DNA of 64,000 nt from a bacterium (GTDB lineage: Bacteria; Vulcanimicrobiota; Vulcanimicrobiia; Vulcanimicrobiales; SCRA01): assembly GCA_004298675.1 (NCBI GenBank), contig SCRI01000086.1, forward strand, positions 130,456 to 194,455, in the 5' to 3' direction. This document shows positions 56,776-64,000 of this stretch, piece after piece. Both the position numbers and the translations under genes were made by a program. The notes under the pieces were generated by a model that had not been told where the DNA came from, did not search any database, and saw only the letters and a list, made by a program, of their open reading frames with translations. The stretch's first letter is position 1. The number at the start of each line of letters is the position of its first letter.

Positions 56776-57691
56776 GCATGGCGCGCAGCGCGAAGTATGC
56801 CAGAACGATCATGAAGGGGAGCGTCGAGATGGCGATGGCGGCACCCTGACCGAGGTTGCCGCTAGGGATGGCGCGTTGATAGGCGAGGGTCGTGAAAACT
56901 TGAGTGCCGTTCACCGGGCCGCCCTGGGTCATCGTCCAAATCAATTGGAAGTCGGTGATCGTCCAGATCGACGAGAAGCAGACCAGGATCGTGGTCAGCG
57001 GCGCGAGCAGCGGCCAGATGATATGGCGGAACGAGGCCCAGCCGCCGGCGCCGTCGATGGCCGCCGCTTCCAGCAGCTCCGCGGGAATCGACTGGAGTCC
57101 GGCCATGAAGCCGATGGCGAAGTACGGCACGCCGCGCCAGACGTTGACTACGATCAATGAGACGCGCGCGTTCCACTCCGTGCCGAGAAAGTTGATGGCG
57201 TGGTGGATGAGTCCCAGGCGCTCGAACAGCCAGCTGATGCCGCTGAACTGCGGATCGAGCAGCCACTGCCACGCCAGCACCGCCAGCACCGTCGGTGCCA
57301 CCCATGGCAGCAGCATGAGCGAACGCGCCGCACGGTAGCCGCGGAAGCGTTGGTTGAGCACCATCGCCAGTGCTAAGCCGATGCTCAGCTTGAGCGCCTC
57401 TGAGCCTACCGTGTAGAGGATCGAATAGAACGTGGCCGCGCGATAGGTGGGATCGGCGAAGAGCGCGGTAAAGTTCGCCAGTCCCACGAAATGCCCGGCG
57501 TTGCCGAGCGTCGCGCTCGTCAGTCCGAGCCACACACCGAAGACGAGCGGGTAGGCGACGAGCGCAGCCAAGAGACCCACCGCTGGGGCCGCAAGCAGCG
57601 GCCCCAAGACGGCGGGCGTATCGGCCGCCCTGCGTAGACGCTCGAAGAGCGTGGGGGTTCTTGCCGCCAGCGCGGGGGCGGCCTCAGCCAT
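56765..57691 (-). CDS. sugar ABC transporter permease
   Basis: 308 aa with an EAA loop (LLEAAAIDGAGGWASF). Confidence 0.85.
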   Translation of the reverse strand: MAEAAPALAARTPTLFERLRRAADTPAVLGPLLAAPAVGLLAALVAYPLVFGVWLGLTSATLGNAGHFVGLANFTALFADPTYRAATFYSILYTVGSEALKLSIGLALAMVLNQRFRGYRAARSLMLLPWVAPTVLAVLAWQWLLDPQFSGISWLFERLGLIHHAINFLGTEWNARVSLIVVNVWRGVPYFAIGFMAGLQSIPAELLEAAAIDGAGGWASFRHIIWPLLAPLTTILVCFSSIWTITDFQLIWTMTQGGPVNGTQVFTTLAYQRAIPSGNLGQGAAIAISTLPFMIVLAYFALRAMREK

Positions 57692-59000
57692 AGATGGCTT
57701 TCAGCCGGTTCTCGGCGCGTTGGATGGCTTGTTTTGGCGGCATGTCGTTGACGCAGGCGTCGGCAAACATGTCGACCACGATGAAGTCGTTCAACGCGGT
57801 CGCCGCCTCTTTGCCGGGAGCCCCCGCGAAACCGTCGGAGAGTTCGCCGACCATGGCGTCGCGATAGGGCGTGACGTTGGGATTGCTTGTCCACACCGGC
57901 AGACTGCGGTAGCCGCGCGCGGCCGGCGTCACGTAGCCGTTCATCGCCGTCACCCACGCGTCGGCCTGCTTGCGCTCGAGCATGAAGCGCAGATATTCCT
58001 TGGCTGCCTTCGGGTAGCTCGAGTACTTGAAGATGAAGGCTTGCGTGAAGAGGTTGAAGGGCGTGGGGCGATTGACCGGTCCCATCGGGATCGGTGCGTT
58101 GATCGTGTCGGCAAAGATCTGCGGGAAGCTCTCCTTGGCTACCACCCAGATGCTGATACCGTTGATGGTCCACGAGATGTCGCCGGCGAGGAAGGCTTTG
58201 TTGTTGGAGGGATCGAGCCACGACGAGACACCCGGGATCATCGTCTCGTACAGCTCCTTGGCGTACTCCAAAGCGTGGACCGTCTGCGGCGAGTTGATCG
58301 CGACGGAGCCGTCCGGGTTGACCTGTTTGCCGCCGAAGCCCCAGAGGAGCGAGTGGGCCCAGGTATTGGCGTCACCGACGGCGTGCCCCAAGGCTAGACC
58401 GCAGGGATGGCCGTTCTTTTTCAAGGCTTTGGAGAGTTTCAGGAGACCGCCGAGGTTCTTGGGGAACTCGTGGAAGCCGGCTTGCTCCACCCAACTCTTC
58501 CGGTACACTGCCGCGGCGCCCGCCACGCCGATGGGAACGGCGATCCAACGCCGCTCCTTCGTGTCGTAGCCGTACTCACGTGAGACGGGATACCAGCCGC
58601 CGCCGTCGTGGCCCAGGTAGTTGGCGAGATCCGAGACGTCGACCAGTTTGTCGGGATAGATGAAGGGCGCGTCGTACCAGCCCATCACGATGTCGGGCCC
58701 CGAGTTGACCTGCGCCGAGAGCGCGGCCTTGGGTGAGACGTCCGTCCAGGAGAGGTACTGCACCTCGACCGGAATGCCGGTGAGCTTGGTGAAGAGCTGC
58801 GTATTCGCGTTCCACGCGGCCTCGTCGCTCTTGACGAAGCCGCTCCAGCGCAGGAGTTGGAGCTTGGCGCCGCTCTCGGGCGTAAACATCGGTGTGTAGG
58901 CGGCGGCCTGCGCGCCGGCCGTGTCGAGCAGGACGCCGGCGGCCGTCGCGGCGACGGCACCGGTGCCTACGAGGAACTCACGTCGATCGAGCGATCTCAT
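57684..59000 (-). CDS. ABC transporter extracellular solute-binding protein (family 1, sugar type), Tat signal
   Basis: 438 aa with the N-terminus MRSLDRREFLVGTGAVAATAAG. Confidence 0.85.
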   Translation of the reverse strand: MRSLDRREFLVGTGAVAATAAGVLLDTAGAQAAAYTPMFTPESGAKLQLLRWSGFVKSDEAAWNANTQLFTKLTGIPVEVQYLSWTDVSPKAALSAQVNSGPDIVMGWYDAPFIYPDKLVDVSDLANYLGHDGGGWYPVSREYGYDTKERRWIAVPIGVAGAAAVYRKSWVEQAGFHEFPKNLGGLLKLSKALKKNGHPCGLALGHAVGDANTWAHSLLWGFGGKQVNPDGSVAINSPQTVHALEYAKELYETMIPGVSSWLDPSNNKAFLAGDISWTINGISIWVVAKESFPQIFADTINAPIPMGPVNRPTPFNLFTQAFIFKYSSYPKAAKEYLRFMLERKQADAWVTAMNGYVTPAARGYRSLPVWTSNPNVTPYRDAMVGELSDGFAGAPGKEAATALNDFIVVDMFADACVNDMPPKQAIQRAENRLKAIYG

Positions 59001-59060
59001 ATCCGAGTTGCCTCCTTGTCGTCAAGCGAAGATGTATTCGGGTACGGGAAGCTGCGTCTC

Positions 59061-59774
59061 TTATAAGTTCAAGAGTGCCTTGACGTCACGTTCCGTTCCC
59101 GCGAGGTGTTTGCGCATGGCCGTGCGCGCGGCGGCGCCGTCACCGCGCTTCACGGCGCGAAAGATCGCGACGTGATCGCGCAGTGCCCGCTTGAGCACGC
59201 CGGGCAGCGAACTGGTGGTCTGCTGGCTGAAGGTCAAGAGCTCGCGCATCGAGTCACCCATCTTGATCAGCGCGCGATTGCGTGTGGCCTGCAAGAGCGC
59301 GCGATGGAAGACGGCGTCGGCATGACTGAAGGCGACGTGATCCTCTACCGTGCCCTGCATCAGCCGGACCGCCGACTGCATGGCCTGGAGGTCGTCTTCC
59401 TCCGCGCGTTCGGCCGCTAGCGCAGCGACTTCGCACTCGAAGATGCGGCGCGCCTCCATGAGGTCCTGCAGCACGGAGACCATGGTGCCGCGCTCGCGCC
59501 GGGCCGCCAGGATGTCGACGTCGAGCGGATCCCAGGACTCGGGCTCCGTGATACGGGTGCCGGCACCGTGCCGGATCTCTACGAGGCCTTTCTCCGAGAG
59601 CACGCGCAGGGCTTCGCGAACGACGGCACGTGAGGCGCCGAACTGCATCGCCATCTCCGGCTCGGAGGGGAGAAACGTGCCGGGCTCAAGCTCGCCCGAG
59701 ACGATGCGCCCCACGATCGCTTCCACGATCTGAACGTGCAGACGCTTCGCCTCGACAGGCTTGTAGCGTGTCAT
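59061..59774 (-). CDS. GntR family transcriptional regulator (FadR/FCD subfamily)
   Basis: The ATG at 59774. It has a winged helix-turn-helix (LPSEPEMAMQFGASRAVVREALRVLSEKGLVEIRHGAGTRI) and an all-helical FCD-like C-terminal domain. Confidence 0.85.
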   Translation of the reverse strand: MTRYKPVEAKRLHVQIVEAIVGRIVSGELEPGTFLPSEPEMAMQFGASRAVVREALRVLSEKGLVEIRHGAGTRITEPESWDPLDVDILAARRERGTMVSVLQDLMEARRIFECEVAALAAERAEEDDLQAMQSAVRLMQGTVEDHVAFSHADAVFHRALLQATRNRALIKMGDSMRELLTFSQQTTSSLPGVLKRALRDHVAIFRAVKRGDGAAARTAMRKHLAGTERDVKALLNL

Positions 59775-59782
59775 GTGGTATA

Positions 59783-59803
59783 GTTGTCTAGTGAGTCTAC
59801 AAC
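59783..59803. promoter_or_regulatory. candidate GntR-type operator, copy 3 (divergent gntR/aldolase intergenic region)
   Basis: GTTGTC-tagtgagtc-TACAAC, in the ~50-nt gap between the gntR start (59774) and the aldolase start. Confidence 0.5.
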
Positions 59804-59825
59804 ATCCTACCGCGGGGGAAGAGCA

Positions 59826-60632
59826 GTGCGCGCGAATGGTTTGAGAGATCTCTGGCAATCGGGCGAGGCGGCGATCAACGGCTGGCTCGCGATTCCAAGT
59901 TCGTTTTCGGCCGAAGTGATGGCGCACGCCGGCTGGAACTCGCTCACGGTCGACATGCAGCACGGCTGCGTCGACTACCAGACGGCGGTGACGCTGCTGC
60001 AGGCAATCTCCACGACGCCGACGGTGCCGTTGGTGCGCGTGCCGTGGAACGATCCCGGCATCATCATGAAGTCGCTGGATGCCGGCGCCTATGGTGTGAT
60101 CTGCCCCATGGTCAACAGCCGCGCGGATGCCGAGCGTTTCGTGCAGGCGTGCCGCTATCCACCGCAGGGGTATCGCAGCTCCGGTCCCATCCGCGCTTCG
60201 CTATACGGCGGCAGCGACTACCAGCTGCACGCCAATCAGACCGTGCTCGCCTTCGCGATGATCGAGACGAAAGAGGCGCTGGAACGCGCCGACGAGATCC
60301 TCTCGACGCCGGGCCTCGACGCCGTCTATATCGGCCCCGCGGACTTGAGCTTCTCGCTCACGGGGCGCTTCGGTTTCGATCATGCCGAAGGGACCGTGCA
60401 GTTCCAAGCCGTCGAGCGAATCCTCGCCGCGGCCAAGCGCAATGGAGTCGCGGCGGGCATTCACACCGGCTCTCCCAACTATGCCGCGAAAATGATCGCG
60501 CTCGGTTTCAACCTCGTGACCATCAACTCCGACGCGAAGCTGCTCGATGCCGCTGCCCGTGCGGCCGTCGCGCAGGCGCGCGCCGGCGGCGGCGAGGTGT
60601 CTGCGACCGTTTCGGCTTCCTCGCCGTATTAG
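59826..60632 (+). CDS. HpcH/HpaI family aldolase (2-keto-3-deoxy-sugar-acid aldolase type)
   Basis: Motifs: NGWLAIPSSFSAEVMAHAGWNSLTVDMQHG and MIETKEAL. I chose the GTG at 59826, which follows GGGGGAAGAG, over the TTG at 59784, which lies inside the operator. Confidence 0.8.
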   Translation: MRANGLRDLWQSGEAAINGWLAIPSSFSAEVMAHAGWNSLTVDMQHGCVDYQTAVTLLQAISTTPTVPLVRVPWNDPGIIMKSLDAGAYGVICPMVNSRADAERFVQACRYPPQGYRSSGPIRASLYGGSDYQLHANQTVLAFAMIETKEALERADEILSTPGLDAVYIGPADLSFSLTGRFGFDHAEGTVQFQAVERILAAAKRNGVAAGIHTGSPNYAAKMIALGFNLVTINSDAKLLDAAARAAVAQARAGGGEVSATVSASSPY

Positions 60633-60637
60633 GAGGC

Positions 60638-60862
60638 ATGAAGGCGGTTGTCATTCCCCACGTGCATGGCGCGTGGACGGTTTCTCATGTCGCGGTTCCG
60701 GAGCCCAAGAGCGACGAGGTGCTTCGTCGTGCCCGCGCGTTTGTTCGAGCAGCGGGGGCGCATCGTAGCGTCGGGACAGAACGGCGCGTGGTACTTGTAC
60801 GAACGGCGCCGGAATGGGTGCCTCCACAGAATCTCCACACTTATGTGGCAAACTGTATGTGA
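60638..60862 (+). pseudogene. remnant of a zinc-type alcohol dehydrogenase gene (N-terminal ~30 codons only)
   Basis: AGGAGG plus ATG, then MKAVVIPHVHGAWTVSHVAVPEPKSDEVL, which fits the GroES-like N-terminus of MDR alcohol dehydrogenases. The frame then reads non-homologous, lower-GC sequence and stops after 74 codons. Confidence 0.35.
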
Positions 60863-61380
60863 TGACACGGGGGCACTTTTTGGGTTTTGCGGCACTGCTG
60901 ACGACTGCCGCATGTAATCGTTCCGCGGATGCAACGGCTGTAGGCGGTCTTCAGGGGCTGGTGGGTCGACCCGTACCGAATTTTTCGGTCCCCCGGCTCG
61001 GGGGCGGAACCGGCTCTCTGGCGGACTATCGTGGAAAGGCGGTGCTTGCCAATCTTTGGGCCACGTGGTGCCCGCCTTGCCGGCACGAGATGCCGAATCT
61101 CGAACGGCTCTACCATACCTATGCGCCGCACGGTTTCGTGATCGTTGGGATCGACCAGGGTGAAGCGGCGAGCGTCGTGGCCGCGTATATCAAGAAGGTC
61201 GGCGTCACCTACCCGATCCTGCTCGACAACGATCAGCAATACGGTCCGGCCTTTCAGGCCGTGGGATTGCCGACGAGCGTATTCGTCAAACGCGACGGTA
61301 CAGTGTCCGCCGCGTTTGACGGCGAGTTGACGTATGAGAAGATGCGCGCGAACGCGCAAGCTGCGCTCGGAGCGAAGTAG
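60862..61380 (+). CDS. TlpA/ResA-like thiol-disulfide oxidoreductase lipoprotein
   Basis: The ATG at 60862, with lipobox LTTAAC. The thioredoxin active site is WATWCPPCRHEMP. Confidence 0.85.
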   Translation: MTRGHFLGFAALLTTAACNRSADATAVGGLQGLVGRPVPNFSVPRLGGGTGSLADYRGKAVLANLWATWCPPCRHEMPNLERLYHTYAPHGFVIVGIDQGEAASVVAAYIKKVGVTYPILLDNDQQYGPAFQAVGLPTSVFVKRDGTVSAAFDGELTYEKMRANAQAALGAK

Positions 61381-61439
61381 TCCCGCGGCGTGCCTGGCGG
61401 GCCGCGGGAGCGTGACAACGGCAGCGCGAATCGGTAGGC

Positions 61440-62105
61440 ATGCCACGAGTGCTCCTCGTCGATGACGACCCGGTGGTGTACGACGCGATTACACCGTATG
61501 CCAGAAGAGAGCGGTGGGATCTGCGTTGGGCTCGCTCGGTGGGAGAGGCTACGCAGGCAATCGAAGGCGCGCCTCCCGACGTCGTGCTGCTGGACCGTGG
61601 GCTACCCGGCGTCGCCGGCGATGCCCTCGCCGCTCGGTTGAGCAAACTCGGTGCGCCGTTTCTCATGCTCACCGCGCTGACGGACGAGCCCGACCGGTTA
61701 TCTGGATTCGACCTGGGGGCGGATGATTACGTCGTCAAACCGTTCAGCGTTCCAGAGCTGGTTCGGCGCGTTCACGTCGTGTTACGCCGGCGCGGATCAC
61801 CTCGAATCCGGTTGCCGGGCGGCGTTGAGCTCGATAGCGAGGCACGTTTGGTGCGAGTGGCCGGCCGCACCGTGTCTCTGACCGCCACTGAATACGCTCT
61901 CTTCGAGCGCATGGCGCGGTCTCCGGATCGCGTTTACTCGCGCGAGGAGCTTGCTTCTCTCTGCGATTTGGATCTCGATACGTCCGATCGGGTCATCGAC
62001 TCGCATGTCAAGAACATTCGAAAGAAACTCCGGGGCGCCGGAAGCATGCATCCGGCGATCGAGACCGTCGTTGGGGTGGGCTACGTCGTGCGAGAAGAAC
62101 GATGA
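61440..62105 (+). CDS. OmpR-family response regulator
   Basis: 221 aa. It has a receiver domain (VLLVDDD, phospho-acceptor LLDRGLPG, KPF) and a winged-helix domain (LTATEYALFERMA, VGVGYV). Confidence 0.9.
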   Translation: MPRVLLVDDDPVVYDAITPYARRERWDLRWARSVGEATQAIEGAPPDVVLLDRGLPGVAGDALAARLSKLGAPFLMLTALTDEPDRLSGFDLGADDYVVKPFSVPELVRRVHVVLRRRGSPRIRLPGGVELDSEARLVRVAGRTVSLTATEYALFERMARSPDRVYSREELASLCDLDLDTSDRVIDSHVKNIRKKLRGAGSMHPAIETVVGVGYVVREER

Positions 62106-63211
62106 CGCTTGCGGGACGCGTTACGCTTGCTTGTGCCATCGTGATGGGCGTTGGCATGGTTATCGCGGGACTCTTGATGCGAGTGACGATCGATCATTCC
62201 CTAGAGCCTTACGCGCGGCAATTCGTGATGATGCGGCAGATGATGGATGCCGGACCGGACCTCCCCGGCATTCTCGCAGCGGTAGATTGGGCGATGTTGC
62301 TATCCACGGTCGTCGCGATCGTCGTCGGGTGCCTCATCTCGTGGTTGCTCGGCGCGGAGCTCGCGCGTTCCGTCGTGGCCGTGCGCCGAGGCCTCGATCG
62401 CTTTGCCGCAGGCCAGCTTACTCAGCCGATCGATGCTCAGGGGCCGAGCGAGCTTCAATCGATTGCGGACGCCGCCAACGGCATGGCGCGGCAACTGCAT
62501 CAGTCGCGGCAGCTCGAGCGTGAGCTGGTTGCAGGAGTCGCGCACGACCTTGCGCATCCGGTCATCGGAATGCGAGGGACCGTGGAAGGCATTCGCGATG
62601 GACTGGTAGACGCCGCAGACGGGCGGACGATCGATCGATTGCTGATGAATCTCGATACGCTCGAAGCGACGTTGACCGATCTTCGGGACGTCGCCGCGGT
62701 GAACGCGGGCCGTATCCAGATCTCGCTGGGTGATGTGGACATGCCGCGCGTTGCCGCGAGCGTCCATGATGCGTATGCGGATCTGGCGGCGCAAAAGGGT
62801 GTCGTTCTCGAACTCGACCGCGAAGGGAAGGCAAACGTACTCGTACGCTCTGACGAGCAGCGTCTCCACCGCATCTTGAGCAACCTCGTCCTCAATGCGT
62901 TGCACGCGACGGCGCCCGGTGGCAGCGTACGTATCGGGGCTCGGACAGAGGCTGCCCGCGCGGTTGTATTCGTCGAAGATGCAGCCGGCGCAGAGTCCAC
63001 TGCACGTATTCGGTCTGCACTGGAGGCTGGTTCGGGTGGTGGCCTCGGCTTGCACGTCGTCAGGGCTCTCTCCTCGGCGCTACATGCGGAGGTCCGTGTC
63101 CGAGAGGGCGTTGCCGGTACGGTCGTCGAGGTCGAGTTGCCGGTCCATCGCGCCGGGTTCGTGCCGCCGGAAGCGTTATCTGCCTTTGGAAACAGCGGCG
63201 GCCGTAACTAG
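62102..63211 (+). CDS. sensor histidine kinase (HAMP-HisKA-HATPase)
   Basis: 369 aa with two transmembrane helices, H-box VAGVAHDLAHP, N-box LSNLVLNALHAT and G-box GGGLGLHVV. ATGA overlap with the response regulator gene. Confidence 0.85.
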   Translation: MTLAGRVTLACAIVMGVGMVIAGLLMRVTIDHSLEPYARQFVMMRQMMDAGPDLPGILAAVDWAMLLSTVVAIVVGCLISWLLGAELARSVVAVRRGLDRFAAGQLTQPIDAQGPSELQSIADAANGMARQLHQSRQLERELVAGVAHDLAHPVIGMRGTVEGIRDGLVDAADGRTIDRLLMNLDTLEATLTDLRDVAAVNAGRIQISLGDVDMPRVAASVHDAYADLAAQKGVVLELDREGKANVLVRSDEQRLHRILSNLVLNALHATAPGGSVRIGARTEAARAVVFVEDAAGAESTARIRSALEAGSGGGLGLHVVRALSSALHAEVRVREGVAGTVVEVELPVHRAGFVPPEALSAFGNSGGRN

Positions 63212-64000
63212 CGGCGCGATACTTCTTGAGGGTCCGGCGTTTCAACGGGTGCCCGTCGTGTCGTGACGACGACGCCCGCGGCGACTCCCGTGGCGAGGGC
63301 AAGCAGGATGGCTGCTTGGGCGATGATCGGTAGGTGTCCGAGTGCGAGTGAGAGCGCGCCGGCGATTCCGGTCGCCCAGCGCGTCCACGCGACGAGCGCG
63401 TCGGGAGTCAGCGTGCTGGTTCCCGTTATGGCAATCGTCAGCGCCAACGACCCCATCGCGATGAAGATCGTGCCGGAAGCAGCATCGGTCCACAGCACCG
63501 GCCGGCCGCCAATCGTGATGCGAGGCCAGTGCCGCGAGGCTAGCCGCTGCTGCAGATTGAGGCGTTCCCAAAGCAGCGCGGCGGTGAAGAGCGGGAACAC
63601 CATGCCGAAAACATACGAGATCCCAAGACCGGCCGCGCCGAGCGGCGAGGCCGCGAGCGCGGAGAGCGCGATCACGCCGGCGAGCACCGGGGCGCAGCAA
63701 GAGCTGACGACACCGGAGACGACGCCAAGCATGAACGTATCGCCGATCCCGCCGGCGCTGCCTGCGCGATAGCGAAAGCTCGGCATCGGGAGCGTGAAGC
63801 CGCGGCCTACGAAGACCGCTAGACCCAGCGCCAGGAGCAAGAGCCCGACGACCAGGTAAACGGTCCGATGGTAGATTCCGAGGACGTGACCGAGCGCGCC
63901 CACGCCCAGGATGATCGGCAGCAAGACCACCGCAACGCCGGCGGCAAAAATCGTCGTCGTGATCGGCAGGCGCAGCCGCCCTGAGCGCAGGGCCGCGCCG
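63208..64000 (-). CDS. cytochrome c biogenesis CcdA/DsbD-like transmembrane protein (5' end probably outside window)
   Basis: A polytopic membrane protein with SSCCAPVLAG. The reading frame stays open and hydrophobic upstream of the annotated Met (63930) to the window edge. Confidence 0.6.
   Translation of the reverse strand, partial: GAALRSGRLRLPITTTIFAAGVAVVLLPIILGVGALGHVLGIYHRTVYLVVGLLLLALGLAVFVGRGFTLPMPSFRYRAGSAGGIGDTFMLGVVSGVVSSCCAPVLAGVIALSALAASPLGAAGLGISYVFGMVFPLFTAALLWERLNLQQRLASRHWPRITIGGRPVLWTDAASGTIFIAMGSLALTIAITGTSTLTPDALVAWTRWATGIAGALSLALGHLPIIAQAAILLALATGVAAGVVVTTRRAPVETPDPQEVSRR

Overview
This is a visibly GC-rich, densely coded bacterial chromosomal window. All calls come from reading the sequence and ORF translations and from memory of protein families; no searches or computations were run.

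- **1-11.4 kb:** a housekeeping block (yloV-like, plsX, degV, hemW, yacL-like PIN/TRAM, ispD, ispF, gltX, cysE, cysS, rlmB, sigH). Its order mirrors the Bacillus subtilis yacL-to-sigH region.
- **12-14.2 kb:** tRNA-Thr(TGT), tRNA-Tyr(GTA) and tRNA-Gly(TCC), interleaved with small genes.
- **14.4-21.5 kb:** a type IV pilus cluster with no secretin in the window. It holds a pilB-like ATPase, pilT, pilC, an embedded sigma factor, a pilin, a prepilin peptidase, Crp, and pilM/pilN-like genes.
- **21.5-37 kb:** mixed metabolism (M20 amidohydrolase, flavin reductase + hmgA, aroA, tRNA-Leu, peptide-binding protein, P5C dehydrogenase, esterase, a GNAT/RHH pair, S53 peptidase).
- **41.26-49.47 kb (the accessory highlight):** an apparently lower-GC island with one strong promoter, four overlapping cas genes and a 21-repeat CRISPR array. 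The cas genes look like type I-G (formerly I-U): Csb1/Cas7u-like, Csb2/Cas5u-Cas6, Cas3 with a C-terminal HD domain, and a roughly half-length Csx17-like protein. No cas1, cas2 or cas4 is present.
- **Context of the island:** it sits inside a sugar-acid catabolic regulon. Three copies of a GTTGTC-N9-GACAAC palindrome mark promoter regions at 40.8, 49.5 and 59.8 kb, the last next to a GntR regulator gene.
- **60.6-64 kb:** an alcohol-dehydrogenase gene remnant, a TlpA-like thioredoxin, an OmpR/histidine-kinase pair, and a CcdA-like membrane protein that runs off the window.
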